A stretch of DNA of 63,280 nt, the filler included, from Asterionella formosa (Eukaryota): assembly GCA_002256025.1 (NCBI GenBank). It is 16 parts of 16 records of this genome, joined end to end, with 100 filler letters (N's around TTAATTAATTAA, not from the genome) between each part and the next. Parts side by side here need not be neighbours in the genome. Positions count along the whole stretch, not along the records: positions 1 to 16,243 come from NKIB01005020.1; positions 16,344 to 32,576 come from NKIB01005024.1; 14 more parts are not named here. One strand, written 5' to 3'. Numbering within the stretch: position 1 is the stretch's first letter; each line of letters starts with the position of its first letter. This document shows, one piece after another, positions 12,200-24,206 of the stretch. The notes under the pieces were generated by a model. It searched no databases and had not been told where the DNA came from. It saw nothing but the letters and a program-made list of their open reading frames with translations. Made by a program: the position numbers and the translations under genes.

Positions 12200-13862
12200 T
12201 CAAACTACATATGGAATGTAAGTGATGCTGGTTTCACCATTTCTTTCCAATTGAAGTAGACTTTCTAAAAATTTCACAACAGTGAATGGTCCACAGGACC
12301 ATCCAGTATCACCTTCTGCCTGGTATAATAGTGAGTCATGAGAAGTTGCCATAAAAACTTGCAATGGAGCTTTTGTAGAATGATAGAAACTCTCACTCTG
12401 AATGACCTATTGCGGCTTATAAGCATGGATTGGAAGGTTGGCATCCCATGATGCTATTTCTTTTTCCCTTTTACATTCAGGGATGATGCAATATTTACGG
12501 GCAAGGTGAAACAATTGATCGAGATGTTCTTGGACTGTGGCTGCTTCTGCTGGATTGCGGATTTGACATATCCCTTCCTTAAGATCACATATGTAATGAA
12601 CAAAATGATTATTTCCACAAGATGATCTCTTGCAGTACACTGTAATCACATAGGTACACTCAATATACAACGGGTGACAATTGCCACTATAAGTGTCTCC
12701 ACCACAATCCATTTGTGGATTGTCATCAACATCCACAATAACACTCACATTGGATGGATGGAGTTCATGAGTTATGAATTGAATGAGATTTTGAATTGTT
12801 TGAAAATCCCAATATGCAAGAGATTTAAAGTCCTCAATTTCTTTTTTGAAATGTAACAAGTTATAAGTCTTTGCAGCATAAGTACAGACTTCTTGGGGAG
12901 TTCGAGAATAAAGTTCTTCCCAACGCTCGAATTGTGGCTTCGTTTTGGGAATGTTCATGTACATGAAGGTTCGAATGGGAGACATGAGTTGAAATAATTG
13001 ACATGCATTTCCCTCTATATATGAACTGCCCTCGGGATTCTCCATGATGGAATTATTGACAGAATCTTTTTCAGCTTCATATGATTCAATAAAAATACCA
13101 TTTTGATCATCCCGTTCATTGGGCATAACGAATTGGGAAAGGTTCAACATAGTTTGGCTGATTATGGTATTTTTGTTCTTCAACAACTTGATCTCTTCCA
13201 CAATATCCTGAACAGAAGTTTGATTTTCGAAAACAGGTTGATCTTCAGTGGTAGCATGAACAAAGATTCCTTTATTGTCATCTGGATGTTTCTCTTCATG
13301 ACCAATCCTTGACGAATTATTATTGTTTGTAATCTTTTCATTACTTGAAATTGTTGTTTTTCTTGGAAGGACAACAGAATCTATCAGACCAGCACCTAAG
13401 TCATCATCATCTCCATCCATCAGGTAATCGGGGGTAGGGTTGTCGACATTTTCTGTATTAGAATGCTTAGCCTCTTATTGTAGAGATACCCTTGTCTCAT
13501 CAAGGGACATATCGTGCATTATCATGAGAGATCGACTGGCTTCTTCTCAATTTGGTGAACGATCAATAAGAATTGCCCGCTGCTTTTCATTTGAAAAAAT
13601 TGGTTCAAATGTTTTGAATTTGCCACATAAGAGGACCTCTCTGATAAATGCATTGGGGCAACTATGGAATTAACATATGAACTCTTTTTTCTGGAGAATT
13701 GTAAACCTTCTCGAAATCATCAGATTTGGAAGGAAACAGACATGTGCTCTCAACCGATTCAATGAGCCGTTTCAATTTCTTCCTCGATGTTTAGACGTCT
13801 TCTAGTGTAAACCCAAATAGACTATCCTCTTTGTCTTTCCAAATGTTCTTGTTGTTTTCCAT
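12200..13862 (-). pseudogene. Ulp1-like (C48) cysteine peptidase pseudogene
   Basis: ORF 12407..13420 has NNHFVHYICDL (His motif). Reading through the TAG at 12407 gives YQAEGDTGWSCGPF (Gln/Cys motif). The frame also continues upstream through stops into the inverted-repeat arm. Confidence 0.6.
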
Positions 13863-16243
13863 GATATAAACTCTGATTGGTATTGATATGACAAGTGATG
13901 CAGTATGGTTACGCGAAATGATAAACAAGAATGCAATGAAGCAAATGGAGTTCGATTACTATCAATGATGTGATGGGAAAGCAACAGCAGCAGCCACAGC
14001 AGCAGTATAATTGCATTTGCTTGTACGGATGGTACCACACATGGTACATCAGTACAAGCTGTTCTATATTGGTATTTACCGCTATGGCATTACATTCATC
14101 AAATCATATATTTTGACGTAATGATAGAGATGATAATAACATCTTATTATTGTAAAATTATTTAGTAATATATATTAGAAATATCAGCAAGAACATTTTA
14201 TCATATGTGCATTTATTTGATCTTATAAATGTGATAAAACTATCATAGGTTTATTTACGAGTGATTGTGAGTATGTGATAATGAAATATAAGTTAACTGT
14301 TGTAATCGTACACGATAATATGATATTGACGGTACGATCTCTTTTTAGTGTACAGAACCCTACGTCACCTTGTTTGTACGAGATCGTATTATAGCATACC
14401 CATCAAGTATAGGAACCACGAATAAATACGCTAGTGTGGTCGGCAGAACAACTTACATGGTGCACAAGGAAAGAAAGATAAAGGTTAAAAAGATAGACTT
14501 TTAAGATATATAAACCTACGCCGTTCTAGCGCATTCGCTTCTCCAAGCTTGCACGCTGTACTATCGCTAAAACACTCTAACGACTAGTTAGTCCCCTGTA
14601 CCGTATGACACGGTACGTTCATCCACGCGCCCACACTGCACTGCAATATTCGTTCAGTCGAAGGTGAAACCAAACAAATATATCACTAAACATCGACCTG
14701 GATTCGATGCCACACGTCATTGCGTGCCCAGGAGGTAACCGGTGTCATAGGTTATGACATCGCGATGAACCTTGGCTTCAATCTTCGACCCACTGTGATC
14801 CAACAGCCATCAATACATGAACTTGTCACACAAATACTCTCGTGTAATTTGGGGTAATGGCTTCGTCAGCACATCAGCCAAATTAGTCTTTCCATCTTCC
14901 TTCGTTACCCGAATCGTTCCTGCCGCCACAGCTTCTCTCGCTCTGTGATACGCTATCGCATTATGTTTCTTTTTCAGAGTCGATTCTGGATGAATCGTGT
15001 TCTTCGTCACCGCAGCGCCAACTATACTTTGCCATTTTGATGGAGAAATAGCTGATTATCGACATGGTCAATGTGTTGACGACAACATGTTGACAAGTCT
15101 CTGAATACCTGTTACCAGGGGCTTGTAGCATGTACCACACAGGCTCCGTAAGGGTCGTTCTTATCATTCCGAATTTGCTGTATCATTTCCGGGTTGCGGG
15201 CAAAAAGTGACGGTTGGTATCAAAACACAGTATCAGCAACGGTAACTTGATGGTATCAATTTTGTATCATTGATACAAAATTGATACCTTTTTTTGCCCC
15301 CTCCAAAAACTGTATCAGTGATACTGACGTTTTCACGCGGGTATCATTTCTGTTGTCACTAATAAAATAACCGAAAATACGCCTGCAGGGCAGTACTTTT
15401 ATTGACATCTAGATAATACACACAAAAATTATTATGGTGTGCATCAAAGAAGCACAATACAATCATTATAGCGGCCGTGTGTGGTAATGTTCAGCCACAA
15501 CACCAAAGAACGACTACCACAGAGTCGAAAATTGAACAGATTGAGTCATGTGCATAGAGACATACCCGCTATCTAATTACAGGTACCTGGTACCAGGTAC
15601 CCTGATACCTGGTCCGGGAATTCATGACAAGGTACTAGGCAATAGAATACGAAAATGATCACGTGACTACGACATATACTAGCTGTGCAAATACTTTGGC
15701 TTTGGCTGTCACTACCGGTACATTCTACTATCACTCGTCCAGCACGTACTAGGCAATAGAATACGAAAATGATCACGTGACTACAACAAATACCTGTGCA
15801 AATACCATTGACTATAGTAGTCCATATACATAATTCGCGTAGATTTCTTGCATGGTTTGAGGACTGGCTTGGTACCATTATGTACTGTTAGTCAGGAAGG
15901 AAAAGCACATGTTTGTAGCCAGCCCGTAACCGTTGAATTTTCGTGATACTTTTTGGTGATACAATTTTATTTTTATTTTTGTGGAGAATGGATTTTTTCG
16001 TTTTGAATCGAGTAGCCGTTTCATGATACTTTTTCAAAAAAAATGATACCAAATCGAAAATGATAAGAACGACCCTTAGTGAAGCGGAAATGAACATCAA
16101 ATTAGACGACTCTACCTATTTGTATGCAAAACAAATATTTTGTGATACCAAATTTCCAGCATAGCACAAGCTACGGGTGGCTACCTGGTAGACTACCCAA
16201 TGTACTTTGGTCTGGGTGCACCAATCAGCCGTAAGAGCGACTA
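13483..16243 (-). repeat. Right arm of the 2.76-kb inverted repeat (contains MITE copy 15152-16075 and Copia remnant 14294-15019)
   Basis: Reverse complement of 1-2761. Runs to the contig end. Confidence 0.97.
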
Positions 16244-16343
16244 NNNNNNNNNNNNNNNNNNNNNNNNNNNNNNNNNNNNNNNNNNNNTTAATTAATTAAN
16301 NNNNNNNNNNNNNNNNNNNNNNNNNNNNNNNNNNNNNNNNNNN
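16244..16343. other. Artificial contig spacer (N44-TTAATTAATTAA-N44). Same spacer at 32577, 48898, 50005, 51112, 52219, 53326, 54433, 55539, 56645, 57752, 58858, 59964, 61070 and 62176
   Basis: Identical 100-nt block with stops in all six frames, seen 15 times. Confidence 0.99.
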
Positions 16344-17556
16344 TTATCTAGGTGCAGATGGGTTAGGTGTGTATTATATATCTGGCTGGATACCCATACT
16401 TTTCTACACATTTGCGAGACTAAACAATACTGGTTGCTTCGTCTCATATCCTACAGTCGTAACTGTACCATGGTACCAGGTACCAGGCAGGTACTCCGAG
16501 TACCTGGTATTTCATTTTACATGGTGCGTGTATATGATGCTATGTATCATAGGATGCATATTGCCATAGCACCACACCAGTGGAATATTCTCACCAGCAT
16601 ACCGCACTACCCGGTAGATACTAAGATTATAAAATGAATACATATGATGGCTCGACAGCTGCCTATAACGGACTGACGTACGGACATTCTACAGCAAGTG
16701 TAGACTTTTAGAGGGCACTTATACGTAGGATGTCAAGATTTAGTACGGCATGCATATTAATTGAGTCGAACTTGTCAATCTTGAATAACGTTCCAGCCAA
16801 AATCCCGTATTGAAATGCTGCGAGAATTTGAACAGCATTTGCTTGCCAAGACCTATATCAGCAAACCAAGGTAAATATTTGGATGGAGAATTTTCTAAGT
16901 AATCAATATTTCACTGAAGGAAAGGTATATATGCAATATAGATAGCATTGAATATTCACGATTGTAAAACTAAGTAAGTGGAATTGGGTTGTCAGTTGAG
17001 AGTTGAATGTCTAACAGCACAATGAGTATCTACATACAAATTTGGGAATAGAACATTAATTGGTTGTATGAACGATTACAAGATAGATCAAATAAGCTCA
17101 CAATTAGGTGGGATTGGAACAGAAGGTTTTAGTACACTGAGCTTGTCTAGAAAGAGCTACTAGCATTGCAGTCAGACTGCAGAAGAATTTATCAGTAGCA
17201 TACCTGCAAGCACAATGCGTTCATAACATTTTTAGTTCATATCTCGAAATGTCACTATTACGTAGTATTACACCGATGTTCTCTCTGTATGAATGATCTG
17301 TTACTTCATTTCAGCTGAATTATATTTTTCACTTGAAATGAAGCAAGAAAGCAATGCGAATGTAACATCTGGTGAACAGTCTTGATAGCTCATAGTATAT
17401 ATCGTATACTTAATTCAAGTTCGGTTGGTTGTGTCACAAGCGATTGATGACGCACTCTACACTAGTCAAAAAGTGTAGCATGGGACTTGAAATATAAATG
17501 TATAGTCTGTTTAAGCGTGTTTTATTGTTATATTATTGATTTATAGAATTGATGTG

Positions 17557-18245
17557 GTCCATCCAAATGAGACACTCGATTCACCCTATTTGAATGAAAA
17601 GAGACAAGCCATACTTGATGAAACTTTCACATTTGAAAATTATTGAAATATGAGTATGCAGCAAGCTCATGCATGCTATGTGTTATCATCAAGATAGCAA
17701 GTCAAAATAAAGGTGAATGTCAAGTCAAAAAGAGGGGTAATGTGTATGAAAGAATGTACAAACAATGATTATGGATCATGTGTTAAGGAAAACCATGGTT
17801 GCAGTTTGTCTTGCAAATGTTCTGTAAAATGTTTCAATAAAATTCAATGAACATAGCTATGCTTAAATTATAAGCCATTAATAGGTAACAAGAATACTTT
17901 ACTTCATTCCTATGACAAAAAATCTGATGAAAATTCCTGTTACCTAATAATTACTCATAATTGTATATTGAATTTGTTCACACATTTTGCAGAACATTTG
18001 CAAGACACACTGCAACCATGATTTTCCTTAATCTAGTATCCACAAGCATTTGTGCATTCTTTCATACTTTTACACCTTCGTTTTGATTTGCTATCTTGAT
18101 TATAACACATAGCATGAGCTTGCTGCATACTCATTTTTCTATAATTTTCACAAGTGAAAGTTCCATCAAGTGTTATGGCTCGCTTCGTCTGCAGTCTCTT
18201 TTCATTCAAATATGGTGGAATCATGACTGCATCATTTGGATGGAC
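17557..18245. repeat. Diverged fold-back: 17557-17848 inverted relative to 17967-18245
   Basis: Shared blocks such as ATGAGTATGCAGCAAGCTCATGC and TGTCTTGCAAATGTTCTG occur in opposite orientation. Spacer about 120 bp. Confidence 0.85.
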
Positions 18246-18900
18246 AATTTATATTTTTTGAGGGAAAAGTATATCTTTTCTTTGCTTTCTACCTTTCCAG
18301 AACATATAATGCCATGATCAGTCAGCGTACTGCTTGTATTCCTTGACCAGGTTCATTTGTAGATTGGGCAAACACAATGGCAGTAATTCCATGGAGGTTG
18401 CTTACATCTCTGTAGTCTATTTCAAGTGTAACTATTGATCAAATAGTTGCCTTTGAATTTCACTGCATTTGTCTGCCTTGCATGTATTTGCTTTGATCCT
18501 TCTGTCTTGTTGGGTTATACACAACTTCATTGTATTTCTCATTGGTCATATCACATGATCTTATTTTTTCTGTTCCTGTTGTTTCCTTTGCCTTTACTCC
18601 TGCATGTTGTTATTCTTGTAGTCGTTTTCCTTGCTCTTGTTTTAAATTTTCGATTCTCTTTGCAGTCCTTGTTCTTTTGGTTTTCACATTTGCTCCATCT
18701 CTTTTGCAGACGTTGTTCCAGTTTCCGGATTTGGAGTTGTCCCTCCTGCTGTCTTATCATCATTCCCTACTCGCAGTCATTGTTCTGGTTTCCGCATTTG
18801 GAGTTGTTCCTGCTGTTGGCTTTTCATTCCTTGCAGTTGTTGTTCCGGTTTCCACATTTGGAGTTGTTCCTGCTGTCGCATTTTCATACTGTCTTCATTG
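17967..18900 (-). pseudogene. Relic resembling the Cys-rich C-terminus of Ginger2/KRBA2-like integrase transposon proteins, preceded by 60-bp repeats
   Basis: Frame-broken GSIVTLEIDYRDVSNLHGITAIVF...MSMQQAH...CKSMKECTNACG...CSVSCKCSAKCVN. TAGTTPNxETxT repeats at about 18700-18890. Confidence 0.4.
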
Positions 18901-20449
18901 CAATTCTTCTTCTTCTGTGAAGAAATCAAGTTGAATCAGAGGACTTTTCCGGTATAAAAGTACAAGATGAACAACTGTGAACAATCAATACATTTGGTTG
19001 GCTGTGCATTGACTTCTAGTGAAGATTCACTGCATGTATCTACATGTGGCTACATGTAAGCAGTTGACAGACCAGCAAGTTGCGGTCATTTTGCTTAAAC
19101 TAACATTTTAATCTGGGATAAAGATAGCTAAATCCTTGGTTTCAGCAAAACTACCGCAACTTGCAGATCGCTATGACTTGCTCATCCTGCTGCTGTCTAA
19201 ATAAATCTAAGTTTTGATAGAGAAAAGAGGTTTTGGGTAAAATAAAAATTACATAGGATGAATTATTTGGCCTGCATCAGAAATATATACACTTACAGCT
19301 AATTTAATTGAAATAACAAATATATTCACCAGATTTGGAGTGCTCGTATCAATACAGCTGAATAAAATAATACAGCTGAAATGATGAATGTAACAAATCT
19401 GCTCGAAATTTGAGTTTTACCAATAGAGATACCAGTGTAGTGAATAAATAATTTTTTAAGTAAGCTTTACTAGAGCTCAAAATAGGAGATCTTTGAGTTG
19501 CACTGGAGCCCATAGGGGCCCTGGGAAATGAGGACATAGGCAGTGTGTGTGAGTCCATTGTGGGACTCTTGGGTGTTGGAGACCACTGGGAAACAACCAT
19601 AGAGATGGTGAGCAAGGGCAAGGATCCCACATATGGCTCTTAGAAGGTTGAAAATTTGTGTTATACAGCCAGTTTAGGGAACAGAGAGCAAACAGATGTG
19701 CGGCGGCTCCCAAATCGGACAAGGTGGTAAGGAGAGGGAGCAGCAGGGATGGTTCGGTAAATCTACGTGGGCTAAATCCTAAGAATATAGAAGGCGCAAC
19801 CCGGAATGTCATCTGTTGCGATGATAACAAATCTATGGGCATACCGGTAAATAAGCAAATATTCCTGGTTCTCCGAGTACCTATGTACTGTTTGCTGTAT
19901 AGAACTGTTCTCCAGAACTTCCAAGCTCGGACGAATACCGTAAGATAGTGTCCTCCTTCATGACCCCACCACCGTCCTTTTATTACTGTGTACCTGGTAC
20001 ACATTCTGCGTCAAACATCACGATTAGTTAGTACAATATACGAAGGAAGTGATGTTTTCCCGTTCCCCTCCTGCCCCGGAGAAATTTTAAGATTTGACGA
20101 AATTGTTTTCGCCCAGAAGGGAGTAGTGGTACGAAATACCAGTACCGTGCCGTGGTACCAGGCACCACCACTGGTATACCTATCATTATAAAATACTGAC
20201 ATGTTACCGCTATACATAAATGAACCCAACAAGCACGAGGAAAAATCACGTTTCCCCATCCAAATTCCTATTACTTAGTATTTTATATGTATCCATACAT
20301 TTAGCATATAAACTGGTATTAATTACTCCGAAGTACTTGCTCACAATTCTGACCACAACGCCGTCGGTCAATCCTAACCACTTACCTTTTTATTTTCAGT
20401 TGCAGTTCTATTCTTCCAAGAATATTAAAATCAGTTACAACTGTTGGAT

Positions 20450-21025
20450 ATGGCAGCCAGACCTACCACACAAATGAAGTCTCCTATCAATACGCCCACA
20501 AGCATGAACAGGTACATTGCTACCAATGGCATGGTCTCCAAAACTCCTTCCCCCTCCCGTTCACTGTGCCTGATTTCTCATGACTCCGTTGGTGGAGATG
20601 TGAAGTGTATGGGAGGATCTGAAAGTTTCTCTATGAAGCGCAGTCGCGACGACAGCATAGATAAAGATTTTCGTGAAGATCGAAAAGCCGCAAACCGTCG
20701 TTCTGCATACCAATCCCGACTTCGCAAAAAGCTCCTCATCGAAGAGCTACAGGAAAAGGTTGCTGATATCGCGAAGCACCTGGATATTGTTCGCGATGAA
20801 AATAAATCTCTCCTTTACAGCTTAGAGAGTGCTCTTTCCGAGAATCGACGTCTGCGATACGTCCAACAAGAAAGGCTCATACTCGGCAAGAATGGTGCCT
20901 TCATGAATGTCCCCGGAATGTTCTCCAACAATGGTGGCCTTGGTATCAACAGTGCTTCCTTGTCTGCTCTCTGGGCATGCAGATTATCGGGGGCTGGGTT
21001 TGATGCTTCGTCATTTTCGTTCTAG
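20450..21025 (+). CDS. bZIP transcription factor
   Basis: Basic region RKAANRRSAYQSRLRKK followed by a heptad zipper (LIEELQEKVADIAKHLDIVRDENKSL). Single exon. Confidence 0.9.
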   Translation: MAARPTTQMKSPINTPTSMNRYIATNGMVSKTPSPSRSLCLISHDSVGGDVKCMGGSESFSMKRSRDDSIDKDFREDRKAANRRSAYQSRLRKKLLIEELQEKVADIAKHLDIVRDENKSLLYSLESALSENRRLRYVQQERLILGKNGAFMNVPGMFSNNGGLGINSASLSALWACRLSGAGFDASSFSF

Positions 21026-22202
21026 AAGGGCATAGGCGCTGAGAGTATTCACAGTAGCACCGCAGGGAGTGGCCTTTTTCGTCAATTTCGAACTTTTCGA
21101 ACGAATACGAAAGTGTTGTGGAGGTCCTAAAGAAATTTCTTACCTTAGCTTATATTTATTAGTAAATTGGATTAATCGCTTTCATATATATATACTGATA
21201 CTTTGTCGGTAGTGACGAGATCATCGTTGTCCGAGAATCAGTGAATGGTTTTTAGAGTGGTACTACTCGATTTCTGAAACCATTACCGTCCTTGTGCTGC
21301 ATGCAACTATTATAATTCCGTTTGTTTCTGCTCAGCATCATATTTTTTCCACCTATCATCATGACACTACCGTAAATGTGCATGATACCATAAGGAGGTT
21401 GTACATCATCGTCTCTTTGATCGTGCAAATGGCCACTTGAAGTTGCCCTCATCCCCCCACCCCATTCGGGATGGTAATACCCGTTAGTTTGGTAGCAATA
21501 ATAAAAACATCCATAGCGATATCAGTCAGCTTGTAGAATAAAAGTAACTGACGCTGGAGCAACGCATGCAAGGTAATAGATGAATAGGGGAGGAACAATT
21601 CCAAGCAATGATAAGCGACAACAACAACAGTGCTCGAATTTACCTGACCTTCCAGGTAGTCCATATTTACACGATTCAGCTTATCGGCTCATTATTATGT
21701 TGAGTATTACATTGCTATTGCTGCTGTATGCATACTCGCTGGTGTATACAGTCCCTCACCAGTACCTGATATAAGCATACGTATGCTCTTTTCACTCTTT
21801 CTTTCTATAATTCTTCCCGTTTTTGCCACAAATCAGACATGTCACTTCGATATGATCTCGTGAAAACATCCTGCAAATTAAAAGGGAAATCATCATGCAT
21901 TCCATTGCTCTGTCCCAACCCATTCTTGATCCATCATTGCTTCAAACATAAAAAATGCACATACGGAATGTGATCAGCAAAGCAGCTGCTGCCGCCGCAA
22001 AACAGGGGATCGATGCAGTTTGACGTGTAAGGCAGCAGACTCCTTTGTCCACCGACGAATGAAGTGAACTGGATCATGAGAATTCCACAGAATTCGCAGT
22101 TAACAGCAACATATCTCCCATAGATAATTGCAGACATCTAAAATCTCGGTATGCCTTGAACCGCCTGGCTCAATGCCCAACGACGTCATCTCGTCTTTGT
22201 AT

Positions 22203-24206
22203 TTATTCTTCGTCATCCCATAAATCTTCTGCCATCGTCTCCAGCATAGCGGCTGCGGCTGCCTGGAACGAAGTCATTCCTGAGATGTTTTCTAAGATGG
22301 TGCCGTCCCTTGATTCTGTAACTTTATAAATGAAATCAATTTTATCTTCCTTGTAGGCATCGATAATTTTCGGAGAACATGCGGTACAACACATGAATGC
22401 CGGTACTGTTGGAGTCATCATGGTATAGCTAACGAGAGAGCCTCGAATTTGATGAGGCATAACGCCCAACGGGCTGGTTGACCCATCGCTATCACTAACT
22501 GTTGGAGAGAAATCCCCATTGTTCCTTGCTGGCGCTGGAGCGCAGTGTTGCTGTGGATGGTGCAAAAGGGAAACCATCAGTTCGACAGCCATGCTACTCG
22601 CAATCTGAGCCAACCCAGGTCTTGTTACAGTGCATTGTTGATCCAAAGTTCGATTGCGCATGGAATTTTCTGGGGCGACAACATCGTTACAAAAATAGCA
22701 TCCGAGTCCACCCCCATGTCTCATGACCAACCAACTGTCCAAACCAAGAGCTGCGTTGATAAGCATTTTGTTATGTACTGCTGCCAAGACAGTTGGCAGC
22801 CAACGCGATTCGCGAGTGTCGGTAAGCAAATAGACAACATCAGATTCTTGGACGAGAGTGTCAAGTTTTTCTAAGGAAGCCTGTATATTACTCATTTCGT
22901 CAGCATGACCCGGCATAGGAATCGATAATACGATACCTTCACTTTTCACGTCAGCTGCAATGGTTTGTAACGCCTCCGCAGCTGCCACAGCCTTTGGTCT
23001 TCCACCATTTTCGCAATCACGAAGTGTAAATAATGACTGTCGGACTGGATTTGAATAACTGACCTTTCCGTAATCCACAATCTTTAAATTTCGAATTCCC
23101 CAGCCCAGTAAGACTCTGGCTACATTGCAGCCCAACGTCCCAGCTCCCAACAAAAGTACCTTGGTATTTTGAAGTTTCTCAATATTCAACTCTGGCAGCA
23201 TTCTCCATTTCATCAGTTTCAGGTTGAGATCAGCCGCCTGTACTGCCAGATGCTTGCTGTCGAGGAGCGGTGCGAGGTTCACCCAGCGAGGACCTGGTTT
23301 GTTACGAGTATTCAATTCCCAACCCACTGCATTCAGCTCCTCGCCATAGTCTGATTTGTTTGGAACTGTAACGTGTACTACAATTGATCGATCAAATGTG
23401 GTGGGATCAATGGCTGACGGAGTTTCATCGTTGATTCTTGTCAAGCGTGTGGGTCTAAACGATACAATGGAGACAGTCTGCCCACCCAATTCCAGGTGAA
23501 AGCAAATATACGCAACAAGGTTGCGCATGGGCCACCCCATGGGAACTTCAGATTGAGTTGAACCGCTATTGGCTGAAGGATCCACGAATCCAAAGGAAAT
23601 ATTTGCCTTGTCCTCAATTTTCATGTATGCCGCTTTAGAAAATCCATGGCATGTTTCCTGATGGACCATGAAGAACGCAGGGCACTGTTCATTTTGTTTT
23701 CTGAGCTGAAGCCAGCTGGCGGACACATTCTGACGCTCTTGTTGGTTCCAAACATCCGTGATCAAAGCTTGCTTGACGGCTTTGATGGAACATCCTGGCT
23801 TCGTAGTGAGTGCTGGAACTGCGAACCAGTATAGAACATTGTGAGTTTTGAGGTCGGCAAATGTTAGGAGCAGTGAGGAGGTCAGACTTGACAAGTCGCC
23901 ATTTAGAAAGTCAGGAACGAAGCAACTGGTCAAAATTTGGTTCTTGTCCACTTCCTGAAATTTCTCAAGGGTATTATAACCAATCAAATGAGCTTTCATA
24001 GGAACGAGGTCATTTGACAACATGTACGTCTTTTCGAGACTGGTTTCTCGACACGCTAATCTGCCGTCGACAGCATAGCTGGCTGTGATGTCAATAGGAT
24101 CTTCCTTCAGCTGAATCGTGTCAAGTTTCTTCTGACAATAGCTGACCCAAAAAGACGATTCTACACTCGACGAGAGGGGAACAAACTTGATATTCCAGGT
24201 CGACAT
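22203..24206 (-). CDS. ATG7: Ubiquitin-like modifier-activating enzyme ATG7
   Basis: FADLK..YWFAVPAL, GWELN, DLNLKLMKWRMLP, LLLGAGTLGC, VSYSNPVRQSLF, TDTRESRWLP, LGCYFCNDV and TLDQQCTVTRPG (catalytic Cys). Intronless. First ATG at 24206. Confidence 0.98.
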   Translation of the reverse strand: MSTWNIKFVPLSSSVESSFWVSYCQKKLDTIQLKEDPIDITASYAVDGRLACRETSLEKTYMLSNDLVPMKAHLIGYNTLEKFQEVDKNQILTSCFVPDFLNGDLSSLTSSLLLTFADLKTHNVLYWFAVPALTTKPGCSIKAVKQALITDVWNQQERQNVSASWLQLRKQNEQCPAFFMVHQETCHGFSKAAYMKIEDKANISFGFVDPSANSGSTQSEVPMGWPMRNLVAYICFHLELGGQTVSIVSFRPTRLTRINDETPSAIDPTTFDRSIVVHVTVPNKSDYGEELNAVGWELNTRNKPGPRWVNLAPLLDSKHLAVQAADLNLKLMKWRMLPELNIEKLQNTKVLLLGAGTLGCNVARVLLGWGIRNLKIVDYGKVSYSNPVRQSLFTLRDCENGGRPKAVAAAEALQTIAADVKSEGIVLSIPMPGHADEMSNIQASLEKLDTLVQESDVVYLLTDTRESRWLPTVLAAVHNKMLINAALGLDSWLVMRHGGGLGCYFCNDVVAPENSMRNRTLDQQCTVTRPGLAQIASSMAVELMVSLLHHPQQHCAPAPARNNGDFSPTVSDSDGSTSPLGVMPHQIRGSLVSYTMMTPTVPAFMCCTACSPKIIDAYKEDKIDFIYKVTESRDGTILENISGMTSFQAAAAAMLETMAEDLWDDEE

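Noticed and set aside
1..16243. Polinton/Maverick, virophage or linear plasmid
   Set aside because: No recognisable protein-primed polymerase, ATPase, capsid or integrase. The arms are made of ordinary TE fragments.
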